From contig JBEBCC010000064.1 in assembly GCA_041158125.1 (NCBI GenBank), positions 21,925 through 85,924 of the forward strand: a stretch of DNA of 64,000 nt. The letters run 5' to 3'. The notes under the pieces are model-generated. The model made no database searches and had not been told where the DNA came from. It was given only the letters and a program-made list of their open reading frames with translations. Of the stretch, positions 1 through 9,575 are shown piece after piece; position 1 is the first letter of the stretch, and every line of letters starts with the position of its first letter. The position numbers and the translations under genes are program-made. The DNA comes from Cyanobacteriota bacterium. Lineage in GTDB: Bacteria; Cyanobacteriota; Cyanobacteriia; PCC-6307; Cyanobiaceae.

Positions 1-122
1 GCTCGGGCTCAGCCGACACGGTGGAGCGGATCAAGGTGTTGATGGATCGCCTGCCAGCCACTGCAATCTCCCATCGTGGCGTTGCTGGACTCGCCGATAG
101 CCTCTGGAATCTCGTGCTGTAG
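1..122 (+). CDS. 3' end of an upstream gene (partial), probably co-transcribed with 206..3505
   Basis: The frame from nt 3 is open to TAG at 120-122 (SGSADTVERIKVLMDRLPATAISHRGVAGLADSLWNLVL*). It is on the same strand and 83 bp before the next ATG. Product cannot be identified. Confidence 0.5.
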   Translation, partial: SGSADTVERIKVLMDRLPATAISHRGVAGLADSLWNLVL

Positions 123-205
123 CCACCAGGCCTGGTGTCTTTCTGAGTCACCTCTTCGCTTATCCGTAGCTGCACTTTCAGCGCCACTGATCACACTCCG
201 ACGCC

Positions 206-3200
206 ATGACTTCTTCCCAGCCGCAGGACATCGTTCAGATTCCCTGGTTTCCGAAGACCGATCCACCGCTGGCCGGTGGTGCCCGCGCCGGTGAATGGCA
301 GCCTCGTGATCAGCAAAGCCTGGGTACGATCGCCAAAAGCCTCGTGTATGAGGTGTCCACCACCCGGGTGAACTCACTGCCTTCGCCCTGGTCGCGGTCG
401 CTGCAGTTCGAGCAGGCGGTGCTCAACTCCCGCTACCCCACCCGCGATGCCCTGCTGGAGGAGCTGTTCGGTGGCATGGCCTGTCTCGGCCTCTGGGAGA
501 TGTTCGGCCTGCGGGTGGAATCGCAGCGGGTCTCCCTGCTCGAGCAGACCGAACTGCAGGACGATGCGGTGGGCCCCTTCTCCCGCAGCCTGGCCAGCTC
601 TTTGCCCGATGGCAGCACCGCCATCTCCGCCCATCCGGAGGGCCGCAATCCCTGGGAGGTGATCTACGTCTTCAGCCTTGAGGGCAGTGTGATCGGCTTC
701 AGTTCACCGAGCACCTTGTTCTGCCCAGCCGTGCATCTGCCGCAGCCGATCCGCGGCATGGGCTGGAGTGCCAATGGCAGGTTCAGCAGCCCGCTCGAGT
801 TTCTGAGCACACCGCAGCGTCAGGCGCTGGCTGATTGGTTCAGCCATGTCCGCAGCGGCATGCTCAATGCCAGGGATCTCAACAGTCAGACCACGGCCGG
901 GCAGATGGCTTCCGTGTTCGACCTGTGGATCAGCAGCCTGACCGGCGGCCGCCTCGGCACACCCACCCTCTCCACCGGCGGCCGTGTCGCCAATCTCCCT
1001 GCCAACCCCGTCGCCGTGGCGCTGCTGGCCCGGCCCGCCAAGGGCGGTGTCAGCGCCAGCCAGGCCACGCTGGATCTCGGTGATCGGCGCAGGCTGCCCC
1101 TGGCGGACACCCCCGTCGACCGCCCGGTGGTGCTTGTCGATGCCGACATGCCCAACAAGCTCGGGGTGCGGGCCGCGGACATCTGCCTCTACAAATCGGC
1201 GACGCTGGAAGCGATCGGTTTCGAGCCGGCGCAATTGGAGCGCCAGTACGGCCAGGAGATTGTGGTGATCACCCCCGATGATCTCTTCCTCGATGAGCTC
1301 TATCTGGTGGCCGGCCAACAGGCCCTGATGCATTCCTGGCTGGACAGCCGCCTGGAGGGGCTGCCTCAGGTCAACGGCGATCCGGTCACGCCGCTGTTGC
1401 CGCTCAAACCCAGGGTGCGCGCCTTGTTCAGCAGCCGCGAACTGCAGGATCGCATCGAGCTGCGGGTGCTGCAGACCAGCGTCAGCAGCCAGCTGGAGGT
1501 GCGCCTCAGCCTGCCGCTGCTGGGGCAGCGGGAGGAGTACGTGATCAGCCGCATCTATCCGCTCAAGGAGCAGAACCTGGTGGCCGAGGATCTGCCGGTC
1601 GTCAGCTTGTGGCCTTACGTCAGCGATCAGCAGTGGCGCCTCTTCTATCTGTTCTGCGAAGACAGCAGCAATGGCCTCACCATCGATGGCTTCAGTGATT
1701 ACGACCGCAAGCTCGGCCGGGATGGCCAGCAGTCGCTGAAATACTTCACCACCCGCCACTTCCCGGATCTGGTCCGTATGAGTGAGCGGGGCCAGGATCG
1801 CGGCCTGCTGCCAGTGACGCCACCCCCTACCAATCAGGATCAGGGCATGAACTGGCGGGTCGGCATTGATTTTGGTACTTCATTCACCAACTTCTTTGTG
1901 GATGATGGCGGCGGTCCGCGCCGGCATCAACTGGAAACGCGCGTTGTTTCATTGACACTGTCGCAGCGGGATCAGCGCCAGCGCCTGCTTCATCAATACT
2001 TCATTCCTGAAGATATGATTCCAGCCGCTGAGTATGGTGGCAATCCGCCCACAGCTACCGCAATCAGCCTGCGGGGTTGGCAGGAGGTGCTGGGGCAGGT
2101 GCCTGAACTCTTCCACGAAGCCCGTTTGCGTGTGCCGAGCCCCGGTGAATTCGGTGGCTCCGAGCTGCGCACTGGCTTCAAGTGGGAGCAGCTCCAATAC
2201 CAGCAACCCTTCCTCAAGGAGCTGGCGTTGCTGATCAGTGCCAATGCCGCCGCCAGCGGCGCCAGGGAAATCAGCTGGTCAGTGTCCTATCCGAGCGCCT
2301 TCTCCACCAATGAGGTGGCCCGCTACCGGAGGGTCTGGATTGAACTCTGTGAAGAGCTCACCCAGCTCACGGGTCTGATCCACCTGTTGCATCAACAGGG
2401 TGGTGAAGGCGGCCTACAGACCGAAGCCGTGGCTTTTGCCAGCTATTTCGGCAACTTCCAGAACCGACAGATGGTGCACACCTCCTGCATGGATGTGGGC
2501 GGTGGCACCACAGACATCTCCATCTGGCAGGAAAATCGCCTGATTCACCAGGTTTCAATCCCCTATGCCGGCCGCGACATCTGTTCAAAGCTCCTGCAAC
2601 GCAAACCGTCGTTCCTCAAGGCGCTGTTCCCACCCAGCCTGACGGCAGACATCAATCATGATGAGGCGCGGGCCCGCCAGGACCGCAACTTCAATAGCAG
2701 GCTGGACAACATCATGCGTTATGGCTCCAGCGAATTATTAGCAGGACGCCTTGATATGCTGCTGAACAATAAGGATTCACCCCTGCAGCAGCCGCTGCAG
2801 CAGTTCTTGAGTTTGATTGCTGTTAATTTCGGCGGCTTGTATCACTATCTCGGCCAGGTGCATGCGGTGCTGCGTCAGGAGGGCAGGCTGACCCGCCAGG
2901 CACCAACGCCCGTCTATCTCGGTGGCAACGGCGGGCGCCTGATCAACTGGGTGGATGCGGCCTCGCGGTTCCAGAAGGGCGGTGATCCCGATCGCTTGAT
3001 GGAGTTGTTGCAGATCAAGGCTGCCGGCTGCCAGAGCGGCAACGGCGCCACCTCGCTGTCCGATGCCTACAAGGATGAAACGGCCTGCGGACTGATCAGC
3101 ACAGGCATCAATCTCAGCGGTGATTTTGATCCACGCGATGATGTGATGATCTGCGGCGCCAACCTGCAGATCAACAGCCTGCGCTTCACTGCCTCCGATC

Positions 3201-3505
3201 GGGTCAATATTCCGCACCAGTTGCGCAAGATCGAGCGTTATGAGTTGCAGGATCTTGACGCGATCAAGGCCTTCGTGGAGCACTACGACACCAGCGTCGC
3301 CGAGCTGCGCATTTCCACGCTGCTGCCGGTGCGGCAGCTCTGTGACCTCGATCAGCTCTGGGGAGAGGTGGAAACAGAAGCCCGCTCGCTCTGTCTGGCC
3401 AAGCTGGGCCAGGAAGCCTCCGATCTCGAACCGGAACCGGGCTTCATCCTCGGCCTGCGGGCGCTCACCAACTGCCTGGGTCGCGTCTGGGCTGAACGCT
3501 TCTGA
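206..3505 (+). CDS. Large protein (1099 aa) with a C-terminal actin/Hsp70-like (ASKHA fold) ATPase domain and an uncharacterised N-terminal half
   Basis: Phosphate-1 motif VGIDFGTSFT, SYPSAF, connect motif TEAVA, phosphate-2 motif MDVGGGTTDIS, adenosine motif YLGGNGGRL and late motif KDETACGL. Confidence 0.8.
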   Translation: MTSSQPQDIVQIPWFPKTDPPLAGGARAGEWQPRDQQSLGTIAKSLVYEVSTTRVNSLPSPWSRSLQFEQAVLNSRYPTRDALLEELFGGMACLGLWEMFGLRVESQRVSLLEQTELQDDAVGPFSRSLASSLPDGSTAISAHPEGRNPWEVIYVFSLEGSVIGFSSPSTLFCPAVHLPQPIRGMGWSANGRFSSPLEFLSTPQRQALADWFSHVRSGMLNARDLNSQTTAGQMASVFDLWISSLTGGRLGTPTLSTGGRVANLPANPVAVALLARPAKGGVSASQATLDLGDRRRLPLADTPVDRPVVLVDADMPNKLGVRAADICLYKSATLEAIGFEPAQLERQYGQEIVVITPDDLFLDELYLVAGQQALMHSWLDSRLEGLPQVNGDPVTPLLPLKPRVRALFSSRELQDRIELRVLQTSVSSQLEVRLSLPLLGQREEYVISRIYPLKEQNLVAEDLPVVSLWPYVSDQQWRLFYLFCEDSSNGLTIDGFSDYDRKLGRDGQQSLKYFTTRHFPDLVRMSERGQDRGLLPVTPPPTNQDQGMNWRVGIDFGTSFTNFFVDDGGGPRRHQLETRVVSLTLSQRDQRQRLLHQYFIPEDMIPAAEYGGNPPTATAISLRGWQEVLGQVPELFHEARLRVPSPGEFGGSELRTGFKWEQLQYQQPFLKELALLISANAAASGAREISWSVSYPSAFSTNEVARYRRVWIELCEELTQLTGLIHLLHQQGGEGGLQTEAVAFASYFGNFQNRQMVHTSCMDVGGGTTDISIWQENRLIHQVSIPYAGRDICSKLLQRKPSFLKALFPPSLTADINHDEARARQDRNFNSRLDNIMRYGSSELLAGRLDMLLNNKDSPLQQPLQQFLSLIAVNFGGLYHYLGQVHAVLRQEGRLTRQAPTPVYLGGNGGRLINWVDAASRFQKGGDPDRLMELLQIKAAGCQSGNGATSLSDAYKDETACGLISTGINLSGDFDPRDDVMICGANLQINSLRFTASDRVNIPHQLRKIERYELQDLDAIKAFVEHYDTSVAELRISTLLPVRQLCDLDQLWGEVETEARSLCLAKLGQEASDLEPEPGFILGLRALTNCLGRVWAERF

Positions 3506-3517
3506 GGAGTCGAGACC

Positions 3518-4483
3518 ATGCCTGAACACACACCACAAACCCCTACAGCCCCCGCTGCCGCAGCTGAAGCGGCCGCCACCACCCCCGCGCCAGCAGCGGC
3601 CGCGCCCGCCGCCGGGCGCGTTCCCGTTGATCCGGTCACCGGCATGCCCGAGCCCATGCCCTCACCGGCCGCTCCGCTCAGTCGCGACCTGCCAGCACCG
3701 CTGCCAACCGGCTCCGCCGCGATCCTCCCCTACCTGTTGCCGCTTTCAGGACTAGCGCTTCTGCTGGGCGGTGTTGCTCTGCTGGCGTCTGGGCTTCTCT
3801 ATCGGCAGCTGCGGCGCAGTCACCGGGAGTTGAGCCAACAGTTCAAGGAGCTCAAAAGCAGGCTGTCGGCCCTTGATCTTGGGCAGACCCTGGACGCTCT
3901 GGCCAGCAGCAGTGATCCAGGGACTCTGCCCACCTGGTCAGGTGCCGCAACGGCACCGCCAGCACGCCGAGTCCCCTTGTCTCAGTCCTCCTCGGCGCCA
4001 GCAGAACCTCCCCCAGCAGCGCCGGAGCACCTGCCACCTCTGCTGCAGAAGCGATGGAACCAGCCCTCTGCTGCTGCCCCAGAGGCTGACGTCGCTCCTG
4101 TCCCTCAGCCGAGCCTCAGCAAGGCCCTGCTGATTCAGGCTCTCAACAACGGCGACCGCCAGCTGCTGCGCGAGCACAGCAGCGCTCAACTCAACATCAC
4201 CAGCGACTCGGAAAATTCCCTGGCCATGGGTCGCTCCCAGCCGACGCAGTTGGAAGCCGTTTCCGGTGGGGGCAGCTACTGGCTGGCCACCATCGGTGAT
4301 CAGGCTTGGTTGTTCCCCACAGAGCTCACCCTCAAGGGTTTCATGTCGCTGCAGCCCAGCAAGGGCCTCTACAGCTACGAGAAACAGACCATCGGCAAAC
4401 CACAGCTGATTGAGCCGGCTCTGCTGCGCCAGGACGGCCAGCGCTGGACGGTTGAAACCCTCGGCCGCGTGGCCATTCCCTGA
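3518..4483 (+). CDS. Membrane-anchored hypothetical protein: Pro/Ala-rich N-terminus, one TM helix, coiled coil, C-terminal globular domain
   Basis: GAGGAG RBS-like sequence precedes ATG 3518, 12 bp after the previous stop. Hydrophobic stretch ILPYLLPLSGLALLLGGVALLASGLLY is followed by RQLRR. Confidence 0.8.
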   Translation: MPEHTPQTPTAPAAAAEAAATTPAPAAAAPAAGRVPVDPVTGMPEPMPSPAAPLSRDLPAPLPTGSAAILPYLLPLSGLALLLGGVALLASGLLYRQLRRSHRELSQQFKELKSRLSALDLGQTLDALASSSDPGTLPTWSGAATAPPARRVPLSQSSSAPAEPPPAAPEHLPPLLQKRWNQPSAAAPEADVAPVPQPSLSKALLIQALNNGDRQLLREHSSAQLNITSDSENSLAMGRSQPTQLEAVSGGGSYWLATIGDQAWLFPTELTLKGFMSLQPSKGLYSYEKQTIGKPQLIEPALLRQDGQRWTVETLGRVAIP

Positions 4484-4519
4484 ATCCCACTCGCTGGGCC
4501 TCGATCCATGCGGCGGGTT

Positions 4520-5233
4520 TCAGGGTTGCGGCTCCAGGCGCTGCAGCGTCTGCTCCAGGGCCCTCAGGCGTTGTTCAAGGCTGCGCTTCAGCGGGTCGGC
4601 TTCAACGCCGATCCGCCCCTTGGCTGTAAGCATCCAGCGGCGGCCATGTTCCACGCTGGTAGCCACGGCGGGTTGCAGCAGCTCCAGCTCTGCCGGCAGC
4701 TCCGTGCTGCCGCTGATCGCATAGAAGCGCTCCAGACTTTGCAGCTGGGTCTGGCGGCTGAGTACACCCGGACGGGGCAGCAACTGCCAGGAGCCATCCT
4801 GCAGTTCGATCATCCAGGTTGAACCCTGAGCGAACGCCTCAAGTTCAACATCCTTCAGTTCACCACTGAGGCTGCGGCCGCTGACGCTGCAGGGCCTGGC
4901 GAATGGCTGGAGCAGGGCTGGCGCAGAGCGATAGGCATCGAGCAGACCCTCCAGTGGCAGGTTCAATGCAGGGATCGTGAGGTCCTCATGGCCGGCCGGC
5001 ACGGGCAGCGTGATCGGCCGGCCTGTCATCTCGCCCGCCAGCAGCTCGCGGTCGCGGAAGGCTTGCAGATCCTTCTCAATGGCCTCCAGGCGACAGGACA
5101 GATCAATGATGTCGGCGCGAACCGCTTCAAAGCTGCGGTTGGATTTCTCATTATTTTCAACGAAGCGATCACTGAGCTGCCGCACACTGCGCAGCAGGAA
5201 CTTGACCGACTCAAACAGCTTGTCCGACTCCAT
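4520..5233 (-). CDS. Hypothetical coiled-coil protein with a C-terminal domain similar to that of 3518..4483
   Basis: 237-aa ORF with heptad-like N- and C-terminal helices and the motif series GSTWMI...WQLLP...LLQPA...WMLTAKGRIGV. Confidence 0.75.
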   Translation of the reverse strand: MESDKLFESVKFLLRSVRQLSDRFVENNEKSNRSFEAVRADIIDLSCRLEAIEKDLQAFRDRELLAGEMTGRPITLPVPAGHEDLTIPALNLPLEGLLDAYRSAPALLQPFARPCSVSGRSLSGELKDVELEAFAQGSTWMIELQDGSWQLLPRPGVLSRQTQLQSLERFYAISGSTELPAELELLQPAVATSVEHGRRWMLTAKGRIGVEADPLKRSLEQRLRALEQTLQRLEPQP

Positions 5234-5285
5234 CTCAGGGTTCAGGCAATCATTCAGGCTAAAGGGCTACCAGTTGCAGCGGTGC

Positions 5286-5672
5286 TCAGTGCTGATCCTG
5301 GCGCTCAGTGCGTGCCACGGAGCTCCTGGCCTCGCGCAGCAGGGCGTCGAGATCGTCATCCTGGCCCTGGCTTGTGGATGGGACCGCTGCCGTGGAGAGC
5401 CGGCTTGGAGCTGTGGCGGCTGCCTGTGCTCGCGGCTGCGCGCTGGCACCGCTGCTGACGCCGGTTGCGCCGTTGACCTCACCGACAGCAGCTGGTAGCA
5501 GAATCAGATCGAGCAGTTGGGCGATGCCGCAGAAGCCGAAGCTGAGCAGCAACACCAGCCCGTAGCCCACCTGGCCGAGATAAAGGCGCTGGACACCGCA
5601 GATCCCAACCAGAGAAAGACACCACAAGGCATAGGCCAAAGCCACATCCTTACGTTCCTGCGGTTGACTCAC
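5286..5672 (-). CDS. TM2/NINE domain membrane protein
   Basis: From GTG 5672 it reads KDVALAYALWCLSLVGICGVQRLYLGQVGYGLVLLLSFGFCGIAQLLDLILLP, a typical TM2/NINE pattern (GxxRxYLG). The longer 462-aa track ORF is an antisense extension. Confidence 0.8.
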   Translation of the reverse strand: MSQPQERKDVALAYALWCLSLVGICGVQRLYLGQVGYGLVLLLSFGFCGIAQLLDLILLPAAVGEVNGATGVSSGASAQPRAQAAATAPSRLSTAAVPSTSQGQDDDLDALLREARSSVARTERQDQH

Positions 5673-6116
5673 CCCTTGGCGTCCGATACGGTCAACGCAC
5701 TGTAGGGGCTGTCTCCTGTGGACGCCAGCTGCGGGACGCCAGCCGCTCCGCAGGGCCCGCCATGCAGATGGATGCAGCTGTGCCGTTGCACTGGGGTGGC
5801 GATCGGCCCCGGTCACGGCTGCCGACGATCCCGCTGGGTCGGCATGCTTTGACCGTACGCTGCTGGCCCAGCTGCTGCAGCATGGACTGAGCACAAGTCC
5901 TTGACTGTGGCGCTGGCCTGCTGGGACTGGGGGGCGTGGCTGGATGCCCCCGCCTGCAATCTGTCGTGACGGGAGCCTGGGTCTCGATTCTGAGGGCAAT
6001 CGCCTGTTGTTGCTGGTGATGGAGCCGGTGCGGTCGACCTGCAGACAGATGGCCGAATCTCCATAGCATGAGGTCGTCGTCGATGTTCCGCAGCTCTTTT
6101 TCAGATCTTCCGACCT

Positions 6117-6794
6117 GTGCCGCACCCCTTCACCCCCGATGATCTGCCGGAGCTGCTGGTGCGTGTTGAGCAGAAGCTCCTGCCGCAGCTGCGTGTGCAC
6201 AGTTTCGATCCCCATGATCCGGTTCAGGTTCTTAAACTGCCTGCCCCCTGGCGCACCATCGGCTGCGGCAACTATGCGGCCGTGTTTCATCATCCCGCCC
6301 ATCCGACATTGGTGGTCAAGGTGTATGCCCCAGGTCGTCCTGGCCTTGAACAGGAGGCGGAGGTCTATCGTCGAATCGGCTGCCATCGCGCCTTTTCGCA
6401 GTGCTTTCATGCCTGCGATCACTACCTGGTGTTGCGTCGTCTCGATGGCATCACTCTTTACGACTGCCTGCGCCTTGGCATTCGCATTCCAGTGCGGGCG
6501 ATTGTCGACATTGATGAGGCAATCGCCTACGCCATGCAGCGCGGTCTCCATGGCCATGATGTGCACGGCCGCAATGTGATGCTCCATCAGGGCCGTGGCC
6601 TGATTGTGGATATCTCCGATTTTCTCAATCCTGAGCCCTGCCATGCCTGGCGGGATCTGCGCTGGGCTTATCACCGTGTCTACCGACCGCTGATTGCGCC
6701 GCTGGCTCTACCGATTCCAGCCAGCCTACTCAATGGCGTCCGCAAAGGCTATCGCCTGTTCCGGCGTCTGCTGCGTCGAGGTGTGGAACGCTGA
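6117..6794 (+). CDS. Small Ser/Thr protein kinase-like protein
   Basis: Gly loop IGCGNYAAVF, VVKVY, helix-C Glu (EAEVY), catalytic loop HDVHGRNV and IVDISDF. Confidence 0.8.
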   Translation: MPHPFTPDDLPELLVRVEQKLLPQLRVHSFDPHDPVQVLKLPAPWRTIGCGNYAAVFHHPAHPTLVVKVYAPGRPGLEQEAEVYRRIGCHRAFSQCFHACDHYLVLRRLDGITLYDCLRLGIRIPVRAIVDIDEAIAYAMQRGLHGHDVHGRNVMLHQGRGLIVDISDFLNPEPCHAWRDLRWAYHRVYRPLIAPLALPIPASLLNGVRKGYRLFRRLLRRGVER

Positions 6795-6981
6795 TCACTG
6801 TTGCTTGATCAGCGGGCTTTGGCCGATCTCAACGACGCAGGCGCCCGCGTCAATCACCTCGGCCGGCCTGTCGCCGGCCAACAATGCAGCCAGATCCAGA
6901 TCTGTCGGTTTGAGGCGGTGGCCCTGTGGCGGCAGCCTGGCGGGTGAGCCACCGCTGCCGCCCATGCGTGAAGCTGCTGCG

Positions 6982-7341
6982 TCAGCGCGGGGCGCCGTTG
7001 TATTCCACGTTCACCACACTGGTGCCATCCGGTGAAATCAGGATTCGGGTTTCCTTTGTGGCTGACTGTGGGTTTACCTGCCAGCCTGGAGGACCACCTG
7101 GAAAATCAAACAGATAGCCGTTTGGCCCTGCATTCACCATGCAGGAGCCCCCCCCTTTCTGGTGCATGCAGTCGGCCGTGAAGTATTGGCTGAGCCCACC
7201 GTTGATGCGTTCGGCCTCCATCCGTGCCAGGTTCGCAGCCCGAATTCGGCTCAGGGGCATCTCAGCCCATGCGGGCAGCACGGCCACGGTGGTGCAGAGC
7301 ACTGCGCCGAGGCTGGCGGCGCGCAGCAGAGATCTGATCAT
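6982..7341 (-). CDS. Secreted hypothetical protein
   Basis: Signal-peptide-like MIRSLLRAASLGAVLCTTVAVLPAWA, then a mature domain with two Cys and F.GGPPGWQ. Confidence 0.7.
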   Translation of the reverse strand: MIRSLLRAASLGAVLCTTVAVLPAWAEMPLSRIRAANLARMEAERINGGLSQYFTADCMHQKGGGSCMVNAGPNGYLFDFPGGPPGWQVNPQSATKETRILISPDGTSVVNVEYNGAPR

Positions 7342-7758
7342 GACGAGTAAGCACACAACCCTTTTTTAAGCAGGCCGGAGCAGCTTGTCGACCATGGTCC
7401 TGATCAGCCGCAATCCCTTGGGGCGGTGCCGTGGAGCGGTGCACAGCGGTTCAAATCACTGTGCACATCCACACAGCTGCCACGGCCTCGCGATCGTCTG
7501 TGAGCGCCCGGGCCGGCCCCTGCCAGCCACACGACAAGGTCAGCCATGAGCTGTCCGCCATCGCTTTCAGGTCATCCTGACCGCGGCAGCCTCGATGCCA
7601 CAACCACCAGGCTGATCCGGTTGATCGGCCAACGCCCCCACGCGGCTGGCATGAATTTTCACCATGGTCAGCGCCTGTTCAGCACTGAAGTGATGCTGCG
7701 GCGACGTTGACGGGTTCGCCACTGATTCGCCACTGAACATTGAGCCGAGACGGAACAG

Positions 7759-7983
7759 CTAGCCCGAACAGCCGAATCGCGCTGTCCAGTGGGGGTTGTC
7801 ATCGAGACAATGGTCAATCACCTGCTCCAGCAGTGCATGGCTGTCGTACACGACCATTTGCTTGCCGTCGCTATGGTGAATAATCGCGACGTAATCCCCA
7901 TAGATTTTGGTCAGGCGCGCCAGGTGTTTGTCGTTTTCAACAAGCACGCGGACGGTTGAATTGTTGACTGCTACGTCTGCCAT
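7759..7983 (-). CDS. Small hypothetical protein (74 aa)
   Basis: ATG start preceded by GAGG, protein-like composition, same strand downstream of chlP. Confidence 0.55.
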   Translation of the reverse strand: MADVAVNNSTVRVLVENDKHLARLTKIYGDYVAIIHHSDGKQMVVYDSHALLEQVIDHCLDDNPHWTARFGCSG

Positions 7984-8157
7984 GGCCTCAAGGCCGTTTC
8001 TGTGGGTGATGGTGGAGGCCGCGCCACGATGTGACGGTTGTCAGCTTCCTGGTCTGGTGGATTCGACGACGCTATGCCGAACTGGGTGCCTGGCGATGCG
8101 AAACCCAGTGACCGGACGGCCACTGGGTTCGTTGCCCCAAGCTGTTGGACAGGAAAG

Positions 8158-9522
8158 TTACTTCGCTGTCAGGGCGGGTTCACGCTTATCTTCGGTACCG
8201 CTGTTGCGATGACCAACGCGAATACCACCCTTGATGGTGCTTACAGCCAGCATCGCGTTCACTTCAGACTCGTCCCTCACGGCGCTCGGAACGGGCTTGT
8301 AGCCCTGCGGTGCCAGTGCATTGCCTCGTAACACAGAACCCAGGGTCAGCAAGGTGAGCTTGAGTTGCTGCCAGGGGTTCATCGTCACGACCCGTTTGTA
8401 GAGGTAGCTGTCAAAGGTGAGGCGCTGCACGTCCTTGTCGTCGCACATTTCGACGAAAGCCTCGCGGGCTGCATCGTTCCGATAAAAGATATTCTGAAGA
8501 ATTTCCAACACTTTGTAGGTGGCGCCGTACTGGCGATCCCACTTTTTCAGGTACTTCTTCAGGTCCGCTTCGCTGGGAATGCGTTGACCGTGCTGGCTGG
8601 CCTCGACAATTTGTTCGGCGCACATGCGGCCGCTTTTGGCTGCAAAGTAGATGCCCTCGCCCGAGCTCTTGGTTACGTATCCAGCAGCATCGCCGACCAG
8701 GGCCATCCGTCCCACCACGCGACGGGGGCGTGGATGTTCGGGAATCGGGTGAGCTTCTACCTTGATCACTTCACCGTTGACCAAGCGCTTCTTGGCGCGC
8801 TCGCGGATACCTTCTTGCAGGCTTTTGATCAGAGCCTGGTTGTCCTGCATGGTGCCGGTGCCCACGGCGACATGATCGTACTTGGGGAAAACCCAGGCAT
8901 AAAAATCAGGGGAAACATCAGTGCCAACATACATTTCCGCTAGGCTTTCATAGTATTTCATTTCTTCGGGAGGAAGCTTGATGCGCTCCTGGAAGGCGAT
9001 GGCCACGTTGTAATCACCGGCGTCCATAGCCTTGGCGACACGGCTGTTGGCTCCATCGGCGCCAATGATGATATCGACCTCCAGTTCTTTGGCTTCACCT
9101 GTGGCTTCGCCACCGCTGTAATCGGAGTAGGTGAGTGTATAGGGCCCTTGTCGGTTAGTGCCCGTATCGATTTTGGTAACCAATCCATTGACCAGATTGG
9201 CGCCAAGCTCTGCCGCACGGTTGCGCAGGAAGGCATCCATCACCTCGCGGCGACACATGCCAATGTATTCATTCTCGTTTTCAAGGTTGATGTCCACTTC
9301 CCGATTGGAAGGGGAAATCATCTTCATATTGCGAACCTTGCGATCGATGATCGACTCGGGCAGGTCGAACTCGGCGACCATGCACAGAGGGATCGCGCCT
9401 CCGCAGGGCTTGGCGTTGTCCAGCTTGCGCTCGAAAATCCAGGTCTGGATGCCGGCCTTGGCAAGCACCTCGGCAGCACAGGAACCGCTCGGGCCGCCGC
9501 CCACCACCGCGACTCGCAACAT
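8158..9522 (-). CDS. chlP: Geranylgeranyl reductase
   Basis: MLRVAVVGGGPSGSCAAE FAD-binding motif, KPCGGAIPLC and VGDAAGYVTKSSGEGIYFA. Confidence 0.97.
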   Translation of the reverse strand: MLRVAVVGGGPSGSCAAEVLAKAGIQTWIFERKLDNAKPCGGAIPLCMVAEFDLPESIIDRKVRNMKMISPSNREVDINLENENEYIGMCRREVMDAFLRNRAAELGANLVNGLVTKIDTGTNRQGPYTLTYSDYSGGEATGEAKELEVDIIIGADGANSRVAKAMDAGDYNVAIAFQERIKLPPEEMKYYESLAEMYVGTDVSPDFYAWVFPKYDHVAVGTGTMQDNQALIKSLQEGIRERAKKRLVNGEVIKVEAHPIPEHPRPRRVVGRMALVGDAAGYVTKSSGEGIYFAAKSGRMCAEQIVEASQHGQRIPSEADLKKYLKKWDRQYGATYKVLEILQNIFYRNDAAREAFVEMCDDKDVQRLTFDSYLYKRVVTMNPWQQLKLTLLTLGSVLRGNALAPQGYKPVPSAVRDESEVNAMLAVSTIKGGIRVGHRNSGTEDKREPALTAK

Positions 9523-9575
9523 CTTGAAACCCGCTCCGCCAGAAGGATCTTGGCGCCGAAGCTAACACCGCTGCG

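Noticed and set aside
3530-3720. GC-rich quasi-repeats at the start of 3518..4483
   Set aside because: They are explained by a Pro/Ala low-complexity linker in the protein.
5673-6674. N-terminal 334 aa of the 462-aa minus-strand ORF
   Set aside because: It overlaps the kinase gene antisense. Only the last 128 aa (TM2/NINE) look like a real protein.
7715-7736. 11-bp tandem direct repeat TTCGCCACTGA x2
   Set aside because: Only two copies with no spacer or associated element; not a CRISPR and no evidence of a target-site duplication.
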